A stretch of DNA of 64,000 nucleotides. It comes from Calditrichia bacterium (GTDB lineage: Bacteria > Calditrichota > Calditrichia > RBG-13-44-9 > J075). Made by a program: the position numbers and the translations under genes. Below, in pieces: positions 18,913-26,944 of the stretch. Position 1 is the stretch's first letter, and the number at the start of each line of letters is the position of its first letter. The stretch lies in NCBI GenBank assembly GCA_050633245.1, contig JBOEGD010000001.1, positions 64,001 to 128,000 of the forward strand, given 5' to 3'. The notes under the pieces were generated by a model. The model saw only the letters and a program-made list of their open reading frames with translations, searched no databases and was not told the origin of the DNA.

Positions 18913-19522
18913 TGCGAATCAATCCAACCACTTTGCCCTGAATATTCCAGTCGCCCTGCGGACGAATGTCTTCATAAGCCGGGTTTTCAGCTTTCAGATA
19001 GCGCTGGCCACCATCGTCAATTAGCCGTTTTACAGTAACTTCACCGTCAATTAATGCCACAACAATTTGGTTGGCTTCAGAAACGTTGGCAGACTTTACA
19101 ATGACCAAATCGCCATCCATAATACCGGCGTTGATCATAGAATCTCCACGAACGCGCAGCGTAAAGTAGTTACCTTCTGTCTTAATCAGATTACGCGGAA
19201 TACTTACATATTCATCAATGTTTTGTTCTGCAAGAATCGGGTGACCGGCAGACACCTGACCGATTAACGGCAGATTAATAATACTGCCCGGAGGTGGTGC
19301 CTGGTAGCGTTTATCTACAATGCGCAGACTGCGTGCCGTGGTTCCAGTCTTTTCGAGATAACCTTTGCGAATGAGCGCTTCAAGATGGCGAACAACACCA
19401 TGCTTGGATGCGATACCAAAATTATCTGCTATTTCCTGATAGCTCGGTGGATAGCCATACTCTGAAAGATATTCGGAAATAAATTTCAGCACTTCCTCCT
19501 GCCGATTGGTCAGGCCCTTCAT
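18899..19522 (-). CDS. lexA: SOS repressor LexA
   Basis: LTNRQ..GYPPSYQEIA winged HTH; VSAG cleavage site; GDSM (Ser) and TVKR (Lys); AAAGGA RBS; start moved to ATG 19522. Confidence 0.97.
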   Translation of the reverse strand: MKGLTNRQEEVLKFISEYLSEYGYPPSYQEIADNFGIASKHGVVRHLEALIRKGYLEKTGTTARSLRIVDKRYQAPPPGSIINLPLIGQVSAGHPILAEQNIDEYVSIPRNLIKTEGNYFTLRVRGDSMINAGIMDGDLVIVKSANVSEANQIVVALIDGEVTVKRLIDDGGQRYLKAENPAYEDIRPQGDWNIQGKVVGLIRNVVN

Positions 19523-19601
19523 ATGTTGTGTCCTTTCGAATATTGCACATAGTGTATCGCCAGGCTGATAAAGTCCGTTGTTGGCAGCGGGCGTATACAT
19601 A

Positions 19602-19641
19602 AGTTCACTTTAACAATACAACGTAAAATAGGTATTGTCAA
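19602..19641 (-). promoter_or_regulatory. sigma70 promoter of lexA with an overlapping candidate LexA operator
   Basis: Minus strand TTGACA(19641-19636)-17 nt-TATTGT(19618-19613); imperfect palindrome TGTTA-AAGT-GAACT at 19615-19602. Confidence 0.6.
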
Positions 19642-19776
19642 GAAAAAAAGTCAAAAAAGATGTAGATTTGTTCACTATTCTTGGCTGTGGAGTAAAAAAG
19701 AACGAAATAACGTATTTTATTGAAGTTAGCACTGGACTTAAAGCTGTTGATATTTGCATGGGGTTATCGTAATTTC

Positions 19777-19832
19777 AGAAGCGAGATGCAAGAAGCGAGA
19801 TGCAAGAAGCGAGATGCAAGAAGCAAGATGCA
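19777..19832 (+). repeat. Tandem 14-mer (2x7) repeat AGAAGCGAGATGCA x4
   Basis: Three exact copies plus AGAAGCAAGATGCA. Confidence 0.95.
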
Positions 19833-19859
19833 AGAGGTAAGAACCCGGAACCATTATTT

Positions 19860-19929
19860 TTCACTGTTCACTTTTCACTGTTCACTGTTCACTGTCATTC
19901 ATAATTCATCAATAATAACTCATCAATCA
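19860..19929 (+). repeat. Heptamer tandem repeats (TTCACTG x5, then degenerate TCATTCA/TAATTCA-type units)
   Basis: Read directly; one TTCACTT variant; runs up to the ATG at 19932. Confidence 0.85.
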
Positions 19930-19931
19930 CA

Positions 19932-20702
19932 ATGTCTTTATACGTTCAAATACTCGGTAGTGGAACATCAATGGGCGTGCCAATGGCCGGCTGCACCTGT
20001 GCAACATGCCTGTCAGAAGATCCCAAGGATAAACGTTTGCGAACCAGTGCACTTATTCGTGCCAATGATAAACAAGTGCTCATCGATACCTCTGTCGACT
20101 ATCGTCAGCAGATGATTCGCGCCAAAGTGAAGCACCTCGATGCCGTCGTTTATACCCACCATCATGTCGATCATATATTAGGTATGGATGATTTGCGCAG
20201 TTTTATGCTGCTGAACAAGACAGATATGCCGCTTTACGCCATGGCCGAAACGACAGAGAATATTAAGCGCGTGTTTAGCTACGCTTTTCAAACAACTAAC
20301 TATGGTTCGCTTCCACAGCTTAAGTTGAATCTCATCGATGAAGCACCATTCGAAGCAGCAGGCATTCCGTTTATGCCGGTTCCGCTGATGCACGGCAAGA
20401 TGCCGGTGATGGGCTACCGAATCGGTAATTTTGCTTATTGTACAGACGTCAGCTTTATTCCGGAATCTTCTTTTGCTCTTCTTAAAAACCTTGATGTGTT
20501 GATATTAGATGCTCTGCGATACAAAACGCATCCTACACATTTTAGCGTGGACGAAGCAATCGCCGCAGCTAAACGTATCGGAGCAAAAAATACCTACTTT
20601 ACCCACATTTCGCATGATATTCAGCATGCCACGGCGGAATTACCGGAATCGATCCATCTCGCTTACGACGGCCTTTCCTTCGAGCTGGATTCTTTATTAT
20701 GA
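19932..20702 (+). CDS. Metallo-beta-lactamase fold hydrolase, PhnP/YycJ-like
   Basis: LGSGTSMGVP..GC.C..C, THHHVDHILG, H, YCTD, H.THF, THISH, AYDG. Confidence 0.92.
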   Translation: MSLYVQILGSGTSMGVPMAGCTCATCLSEDPKDKRLRTSALIRANDKQVLIDTSVDYRQQMIRAKVKHLDAVVYTHHHVDHILGMDDLRSFMLLNKTDMPLYAMAETTENIKRVFSYAFQTTNYGSLPQLKLNLIDEAPFEAAGIPFMPVPLMHGKMPVMGYRIGNFAYCTDVSFIPESSFALLKNLDVLILDALRYKTHPTHFSVDEAIAAAKRIGAKNTYFTHISHDIQHATAELPESIHLAYDGLSFELDSLL

Positions 20703-20812
20703 CAGCCAACGCTAAAAAATCCACTTTGTTTTCCACAGCGCGGATCAATTTACCAACCACTTGGTTTCAGTATATTGATTTACATTTTATTATAGCTCGG
20801 AAAGCTTTTGGG

Positions 20813-22207
20813 ATGCGATTACTTCTATTTCCACTTTTAACCATTTTGCCGATGTGGGCGCAAACAAGCGCAACTCTCAGTACCGCTCAATATCGCGCGA
20901 TCTACAGTGCGGCGCAGCTCATCGAGGCAGCTGATGCATGTGAGCTCGACTGGAAACCCTACCATGAAGCGTTTGTTAATGCACAGAAAAAGAAGGCATT
21001 GGCTGAAGGCTGGTCTTTGGGAACTCAGGCACGAGCCACACTGCAATTGCGGGAAATACGCGAGGGGTTAGCTGCTCAGCTGTCTGCGGCGTGTTCGCAA
21101 GAACGACAAGATTCGCTTTCGATTCGCCTGGAAGTTGAAAAAGAACGGCTTACGGCTGAGGCAGATCCGGGTGATGACAATTGGGTGTTGAAGCCACGGG
21201 GAAAAAATTGGCTGCATATTTCAGGAACACAGCCCGTGGTTGATGAAGCTGTCTATAGCCTGGATGGCTCGGAAATAAGCGGCAATTTTAAGAAATTACC
21301 CTTAGGTAGCGCCCTGCGTCAAAATGGTCGCATCACCTGGATTGAAAATCCTGTTGGAGCAGAAAAAACCTATGCTCGGAGATGGATTGCTCCCAATGAT
21401 CTAAAAAGTGTCGCGCCAGAGTTTCTTAACCTCAGACCACTGTTCTATTACGATGAAGATCTTGAAGTATTAGCAACTCAGGCAAGATTAGACCACAGCG
21501 TTTTTGAAAAAGCTCTCAATGCCTATCAATCAGGTGACATTGAAAAAGCACGCAGACACCTTGAAGAGGTGGAAGAGGATACTTTCGTGCGTAGCTCAAC
21601 TGAATTCTGGTTGTTGCGGGCATATATAGAAAATCAAAAGGGGCGAACTTCAAAAGCTCGTAGCTATGTTAGCAGTTTATCTGAAAGCATAAACCGAAAC
21701 TCTCGTACAGAGTTATTGATGCGTAATTTGTTATTCGAACTCGGCGGGAAATCTTTCGATCTTGGCGGGAGCTCTAATGGGACGACCGAGAGTCGATCGA
21801 ATTATAACGCGATTATACTTGAAATAGCCCGCAATGATTCCATTGAAGTGTTGGGCATCTATTCTGACGGAGCAGTTATGCTGGCCTTTAGCGAAAGTGG
21901 TGGGATTGTTCTGGAACGATATCATAGAGAGCGGCTGATTTGGGATGTTCAACTTGCGGCAATTACTCTTGTGAGAAAAGGCTCGTTGCTTGAGTTTGGA
22001 GTTCGTAATAATATGTCCGGCAGGAAAAATTTGAAGCTTCCGGAACAGGGCTCGGTTAAAATGACGTTGCTGAATGGGCGGACTCAAAACTCCAAAGTGT
22101 TCCCAATCCGGATGCTTGATGAGAGTATTGACATACTGTGGTTCAAGGTCCGCGGTCTATTAAATGTTTTGAAAGACACGTATTATATTGCCGAAATAGA
22201 TCGCTAA
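20813..22207 (+). CDS. Exported hypothetical protein with a TPR-like helical pair
   Basis: Signal peptide from ATG 20813 (MRLLLFPLLTILPMWAQ); ALNAYQSGDIEKAR..FWLLRAYIE TPR-like segment; ORF track start is 20699. Confidence 0.7.
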   Translation: MRLLLFPLLTILPMWAQTSATLSTAQYRAIYSAAQLIEAADACELDWKPYHEAFVNAQKKKALAEGWSLGTQARATLQLREIREGLAAQLSAACSQERQDSLSIRLEVEKERLTAEADPGDDNWVLKPRGKNWLHISGTQPVVDEAVYSLDGSEISGNFKKLPLGSALRQNGRITWIENPVGAEKTYARRWIAPNDLKSVAPEFLNLRPLFYYDEDLEVLATQARLDHSVFEKALNAYQSGDIEKARRHLEEVEEDTFVRSSTEFWLLRAYIENQKGRTSKARSYVSSLSESINRNSRTELLMRNLLFELGGKSFDLGGSSNGTTESRSNYNAIILEIARNDSIEVLGIYSDGAVMLAFSESGGIVLERYHRERLIWDVQLAAITLVRKGSLLEFGVRNNMSGRKNLKLPEQGSVKMTLLNGRTQNSKVFPIRMLDESIDILWFKVRGLLNVLKDTYYIAEIDR

Positions 22208-22217
22208 AGGATTCTCA

Positions 22218-23672
22218 TTGAGCATTGCAAAACAAATTTCCCGGCTGGCGCAGCACTCGGCAATCTACGCGATCAGCACGGCTATCCAGAAGCTGGCAGG
22301 CTTTATCTTACTGCCGGTTTATACCAATACCGCATATATCGCTTCACGCAGTGAATTCAGTGACTACGCAACCATCTTTGCGTTTACTGCCTTCATGCAT
22401 TATTTCTACGCTTACGGTATGGATAGTGCGCTGCTGCGTTACTTCTTCATCGGTGAACGCGATCGCAAAACCGTCTTTTCCACCACATTCTTTGTCTTGA
22501 TTGTCAGTAGCCTTGCCACGACAAGTATTCTTTTGTTCTTCAGCGAATCTGTTGCAAGCATGCTCTTTGGAAGCGGTTCATATGTCCTTTTTGTGCAGCT
22601 TGCTGCTGCCACGCTATTTTTTGACGTGCTGGGAAATATGCCCTATCTGGTGCTGCGAGCAGAAGAAAAACCGCTTCAATATACCGCCTTTCGCGTGCTG
22701 CGCTTTGCGCTGGAGCTCGGATTAAATATCTACTTTGTGGTCTTCCTGCGAACCGGTGTCATTGGTATAATGTATACCATCCTCATTGCTTCCATTGTGA
22801 ACTTCCTGGTGACGCTGCCGGTAACACTGCGATATTTACGCGCCGTTTTCGATACCGCACTCTGCAAGGAAATGCTTGCCTTTGCGCTTCCATTTCTGCC
22901 AAATGGAATTGCCTTTACGATGATCGAGTTAATTGATCGCTTTATCATTCCGGCAGTATTAGACAAAGATGCGCTGGGACTGTATTCAGCCAACTATAAG
23001 TTTGGAACGATTCTGCTGCTATTGGTAATTGCATTTCGCAACGCCTGGCAGCCCTTTTTTTTGAAAGTTGCCAAGCAGGAAAATGCCAAATCTATTTATT
23101 CTCGCGTACTGACCTATTTTTGCCTCGGAGCCGGGATTATTGTCATTGGCGGAACGTTTTTTATTGATGACCTGCTAACGACCGAGTTTGCCGGTCGATC
23201 TTTTCTCGGTAAAGCCTATTGGGATGCCACCGGTTTAATTCCTATCATCTTACTCTCATATTTGTTTTTTGGGATGTATGTTATTTTTACTCCGGGCTTC
23301 TATATCGAGAAGAAAAGTCGCTACATGGTCATATTCACTGGAAGTGGTGCAGCAGTTAATATTATTGCGAATCTAATTCTCTTGCCAAAGATTGGCGTGT
23401 TTGGCGCCGCCTGGGCCACCGTCTTTAGCTATGCCACCATGGCACTTACCATATATATTGCCACTCAACGCATTTATCCCATCCCCATCGAATGGGGTCG
23501 CATATTGAAATGCTTTCTGCTAATTGCTGCAGCTATGTCAGTTCACTATCTCTTTCCCATGGCGTTGTTATGGCGAATTCTGCTGTTTATAGTTGTCGGA
23601 ATAGCCTTTTTGGGTATTCTGGAACGCTCGGAGCGTTCCGTCGTTAAATCGGTTATCACTAAGTTTTTTTAA
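22218..23672 (+). CDS. Polysaccharide flippase (Wzx/MOP superfamily)
   Basis: LLPVYT, IDRF, GLYSANYKF..AWQP, GAAWAT; many TM helices. Confidence 0.9.
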   Translation: MSIAKQISRLAQHSAIYAISTAIQKLAGFILLPVYTNTAYIASRSEFSDYATIFAFTAFMHYFYAYGMDSALLRYFFIGERDRKTVFSTTFFVLIVSSLATTSILLFFSESVASMLFGSGSYVLFVQLAAATLFFDVLGNMPYLVLRAEEKPLQYTAFRVLRFALELGLNIYFVVFLRTGVIGIMYTILIASIVNFLVTLPVTLRYLRAVFDTALCKEMLAFALPFLPNGIAFTMIELIDRFIIPAVLDKDALGLYSANYKFGTILLLLVIAFRNAWQPFFLKVAKQENAKSIYSRVLTYFCLGAGIIVIGGTFFIDDLLTTEFAGRSFLGKAYWDATGLIPIILLSYLFFGMYVIFTPGFYIEKKSRYMVIFTGSGAAVNIIANLILLPKIGVFGAAWATVFSYATMALTIYIATQRIYPIPIEWGRILKCFLLIAAAMSVHYLFPMALLWRILLFIVVGIAFLGILERSERSVVKSVITKFF

Positions 23673-23721
23673 CAGGTGGTCGAAGATTTAAAGAGGAAAA
23701 CCTAATAAAGCAGGAATAAGG

Positions 23722-24126
23722 ATGAAACACAGTCGCCCCAACTTGTTCTGGAATATACTCTTTTGGCTCTACGCTATTGCCCTTTTTGTGGTGATCTTCT
23801 TAGCTTATCACGGTATTATTCCGCTGCGCATTACCGGTATTCCCAACTACGACCTTTACTTGCACTTCTCTTTAATGGGGATGCTGGCCTTCCTTGGACA
23901 TCGAGCGTTAAACCGCCGCTATACCGGATTATTTCGCTTTGCTGTTCCGCTGGCTCCTTTTCTTGTCTCTCTGTTTTCTGTGGTCGAAGAGTTCCTACAG
24001 CTACTTTCTGCAATGCGTATTTTTGAGTTTAGCGATATGATGGCAAATCTGGGCGGGGTCTGGTGTTTTTATCTGCTGGATCGGCTTTGGCAGGTTCTAA
24101 CAGAAAACCGCCGTCACCTGACGTAA
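23722..24126 (+). CDS. VanZ-like membrane protein
   Basis: D..LHF..MG.LA, EEFLQ....R.F...D..AN..G. Confidence 0.8.
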   Translation: MKHSRPNLFWNILFWLYAIALFVVIFLAYHGIIPLRITGIPNYDLYLHFSLMGMLAFLGHRALNRRYTGLFRFAVPLAPFLVSLFSVVEEFLQLLSAMRIFEFSDMMANLGGVWCFYLLDRLWQVLTENRRHLT

Positions 24127-24246
24127 TTCTTCATTGCATCCTGACCCACTTCGGCTTAAGTTATTGCGCAGCACGTCATCAGCTAAAATCTGATCAGGCA
24201 TATTTTTTAGGCACTGCCTGCGAACATGCAAGACCCCGGATCATAC

Positions 24247-26385
24247 ATGTCTGAAAATACTCTGCGCATTGCCTTTCTATGGCATTTCCATCAGCCGAAC
24301 TATAAAAATGCACGTGGGTTTTATCACCTGCCGTGGTTGCGTTTTCATGCCACAAAAGATTATCTGAATTTTGCTCTCCTGTTTAAGTCTTTCCCGAAGC
24401 TAAAACAGAACGTAAACATTGTGCCGTCTCTGTTAATTCAGCTGGAGGACTATATTCAGAATAATGCCCGGGACAATATCTGGTTGCTCAGCGAGAAACC
24501 GGCTGATGAGCTGGATGCTGCGACGCGACAGTCTATTCTGGAACACTTTTTTGTGGCAGATGAAGAGCGTATGATTCGCCCTTACCCGCGCTACCATGCA
24601 TTATATCGGCGCTATGCCGAAGAGCTCTCGCAACTGGAGCCTCGGGAACGCGTAATTCATTTTGATACGCAGGACTATCTCGATCTGCAAATTTGGTATA
24701 ATCTAATCTGGTTTGGAGAAGTTGTGCGCGAACGTCCGGGTATTGCCGGCTTATTCGACAAGGCACAGCGCTTTTCTGAGAAAGACAAAGATATTCTTTT
24801 TACAGAAACGGTCGCGGTGCTTTCGGAAGTAACGGATGCCTTTCGCGAACTGTGGGAATCCGGGCAGATTGAGCTCTCTACGTCACCTCTTTTTCATCCT
24901 GTTTTACCTCTGCTGATAGACAATACCATTGCTCTGGAAACCAATCAGGATATTGTGCTTCCCAAGACGCCGCAACGCTTGCCAGACGATGCGGAGAACC
25001 AACTCGTTGAGGGTATGGCTAAATTTACAGACGTGTTTGGTGCGGCACCGGCCGGAATCTGGCCTCCTGAAGGTGGAGTGTCTGCCGAAGCGATGCGTAT
25101 GATTGCGCTACAGAACGTTCGCTGGAGTGCAACGGATGAAATTATTTTAAAGCGCAGTCTGGACGTCAAGCGTTTAGGAAGTCAGCTTTATCAGCCACAT
25201 CGTTACAAGGCCGGTGGAAGAGAAATCTCGATGTTCTTTCGCGATCACTATTTATCCGATACTATTGGCTATGTGTACTGCAATTGGGATAGTGCGCGTG
25301 CGGTAAATGATTTTATCAGCAGATTGAGACATATTCGCAATTTAATCCTTGCTGAAAAAGGTGGGAAGAAGCTCAAGGACCATTTAGTGACGATCATCCT
25401 GGATGGCGAAAACTCATGGGAGCACTACCCGGAAAACGGCCATCGCTTTTTGACTGAGCTGTTTACGCGCTTGTCGACTGAGAGTGAGCTGGAAACCATC
25501 TGCTTTTCAGACTTCCTCGATAGTGAGCCCGTTCTGCCTGAACTTCCCGAGTTAAAACCAGGCAGCTGGATATACGCCAGTTTCGACTATTGGATAGGCA
25601 CACCGGAAGAAAATAAAGCATTGGAATTGCTAACGCAAACCCGACAGTTTTTGAAGGAGACTGAAGAGCGTGGCGTTATTCCGGCCAATGATCTTGCTGC
25701 TGCCTGGAGACATATTCATTCTGCGCAGGGTTCAGACTGGTGCTGGTGGTACGGAGATGATAAGGCTTCCTTTCAGGCGCTGGCGTTCGATCAGCTGTTC
25801 AGAGAGCAGCTGATGTGCGTATATGAGCTATGCAATGGTGAAGCGCCAACCGAATTGTTTCAGCCTATCAAACGCACGCAACATGATGAGTTTAATCTTG
25901 TAGGAACGCGACAGCCTATTTCACCAGTTATTGGAGAGGCGACAGCCAAGGATTGGGAAGGGGCGGCTGTTTACGATTGTAGTAGGGATGCCCATGATGC
26001 GATGCGGCGAACGGCACGTATTCTGGAGCGCTTATATATTGGTTTTGATGATGAGATGCTTTATCTTCGTGTCGATTTTTCTCGCAAACTTGAACTGCTG
26101 TTTGAATTTGTTCTGGGAATAAAAATGCCTTCTAAAATAACGTTGGTGCTTTCTCCCCTTCGCGGCGTAGTTGAGCGTTTTGAAACGATTGGCAAGGTGA
26201 AGCAAAAGACGGTTTTAGCGCCAAGGTTTTCGGTTGGTGATTCGTTTGAAGCGGCCATTGCATTGAAGGATATTGGCCTGCAACCGGGCGAGCCATTTGG
26301 ATTTCAATTCCTGGTAAAATTAAATCGCCAGCATATTGAAGTGTTTCCTCAGAATAAACTGCTGGAATTGGAACTACCGTTGTAA
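24247..26385 (+). CDS. Glycoside hydrolase family 57 (amylopullulanase/alpha-amylase-like)
   Basis: WHFHQP, PWLRFH, HPVLPL, WPPEG (nucleophile Glu), ILDGEN (acid/base Asp), GSDWCWW. Confidence 0.92.
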   Translation: MSENTLRIAFLWHFHQPNYKNARGFYHLPWLRFHATKDYLNFALLFKSFPKLKQNVNIVPSLLIQLEDYIQNNARDNIWLLSEKPADELDAATRQSILEHFFVADEERMIRPYPRYHALYRRYAEELSQLEPRERVIHFDTQDYLDLQIWYNLIWFGEVVRERPGIAGLFDKAQRFSEKDKDILFTETVAVLSEVTDAFRELWESGQIELSTSPLFHPVLPLLIDNTIALETNQDIVLPKTPQRLPDDAENQLVEGMAKFTDVFGAAPAGIWPPEGGVSAEAMRMIALQNVRWSATDEIILKRSLDVKRLGSQLYQPHRYKAGGREISMFFRDHYLSDTIGYVYCNWDSARAVNDFISRLRHIRNLILAEKGGKKLKDHLVTIILDGENSWEHYPENGHRFLTELFTRLSTESELETICFSDFLDSEPVLPELPELKPGSWIYASFDYWIGTPEENKALELLTQTRQFLKETEERGVIPANDLAAAWRHIHSAQGSDWCWWYGDDKASFQALAFDQLFREQLMCVYELCNGEAPTELFQPIKRTQHDEFNLVGTRQPISPVIGEATAKDWEGAAVYDCSRDAHDAMRRTARILERLYIGFDDEMLYLRVDFSRKLELLFEFVLGIKMPSKITLVLSPLRGVVERFETIGKVKQKTVLAPRFSVGDSFEAAIALKDIGLQPGEPFGFQFLVKLNRQHIEVFPQNKLLELELPL

Positions 26386-26386
26386 T

Positions 26387-26425
26387 TGATGAATGATGAG
26401 TTATGATTGACAATTGACAATTGAC
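26387..26425 (+). repeat. Degenerate heptamer repeats (TGATGAA/TGACAAT type)
   Basis: TGATGAATGATGAGTTATGATTGACAATTGACAATTGAC. Confidence 0.7.
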
Positions 26426-26433
26426 CAATATGG

Positions 26434-26510
26434 TTCCGATTTCCGATTTCCGATTTCCGATATCCGATTTCCGATTTCCGATATCCGATTTCCGATTTCC
26501 GATTTCCGAT
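26434..26510 (+). repeat. Heptamer tandem repeat (T/A)TCCGAT x11
   Basis: Nine TTCCGAT and two ATCCGAT units; the two variants are 21 bp apart. Confidence 0.97.
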
Positions 26511-26564
26511 TTCTAAATAGACACAAAAAAATTACTATTTGCTTAAATAATACAGGATATACTT

Positions 26565-26891
26565 ATGCCAAAGAAAGAAATTGTGTTTAGCATTGAGTTG
26601 GACGATAATAAAATGCCAAAGTCTATTGAATGGCAAGCAACTGATGCACCATTTAAAGGAAAAAAGGCCTGCTCAGCCATGATGATTTACCTATGGGACC
26701 GCGATAATGAAGCGCCGATGAGCATGGACTTATGGACAAACGAAATGATGATCCATCACATGAACGGTATGGTGTTCAATAATATGATGAGTATGGCCGA
26801 TACCTATCAACGGGCCACACGGAACGATGATGGTGCCAACGCCATGCGCGAGTTTGCCAAGCAGTTCGCCGAAAAATCCAAGAACAAGTAA
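26565..26891 (+). CDS. gldC: Gliding motility-associated protein GldC family
   Basis: EI.F.IELD.N.MP..I.W.ATD, WD....MDLWT..M, MADTY.RAT. Confidence 0.85.
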   Translation: MPKKEIVFSIELDDNKMPKSIEWQATDAPFKGKKACSAMMIYLWDRDNEAPMSMDLWTNEMMIHHMNGMVFNNMMSMADTYQRATRNDDGANAMREFAKQFAEKSKNK

Positions 26892-26944
26892 AAACAGGGC
26901 AATCGTCGTATTTACCAATCGCGATTGCCGATTTATGGTAACAT

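Noticed and set aside
19777-19929. Possible CRISPR array
   Set aside because: Contiguous 7/14-bp tandem units with no spacers and no cas genes
19720-20115. 131-aa ORF MKLALDLK...
   Set aside because: Translation of the heptamer repeats plus an off-frame overlap with the MBL gene
26132-26428. 98-aa minus-strand ORF MVNCQLSIITHHSS...
   Set aside because: Start derives from heptamer repeats; the rest is antisense to GH57
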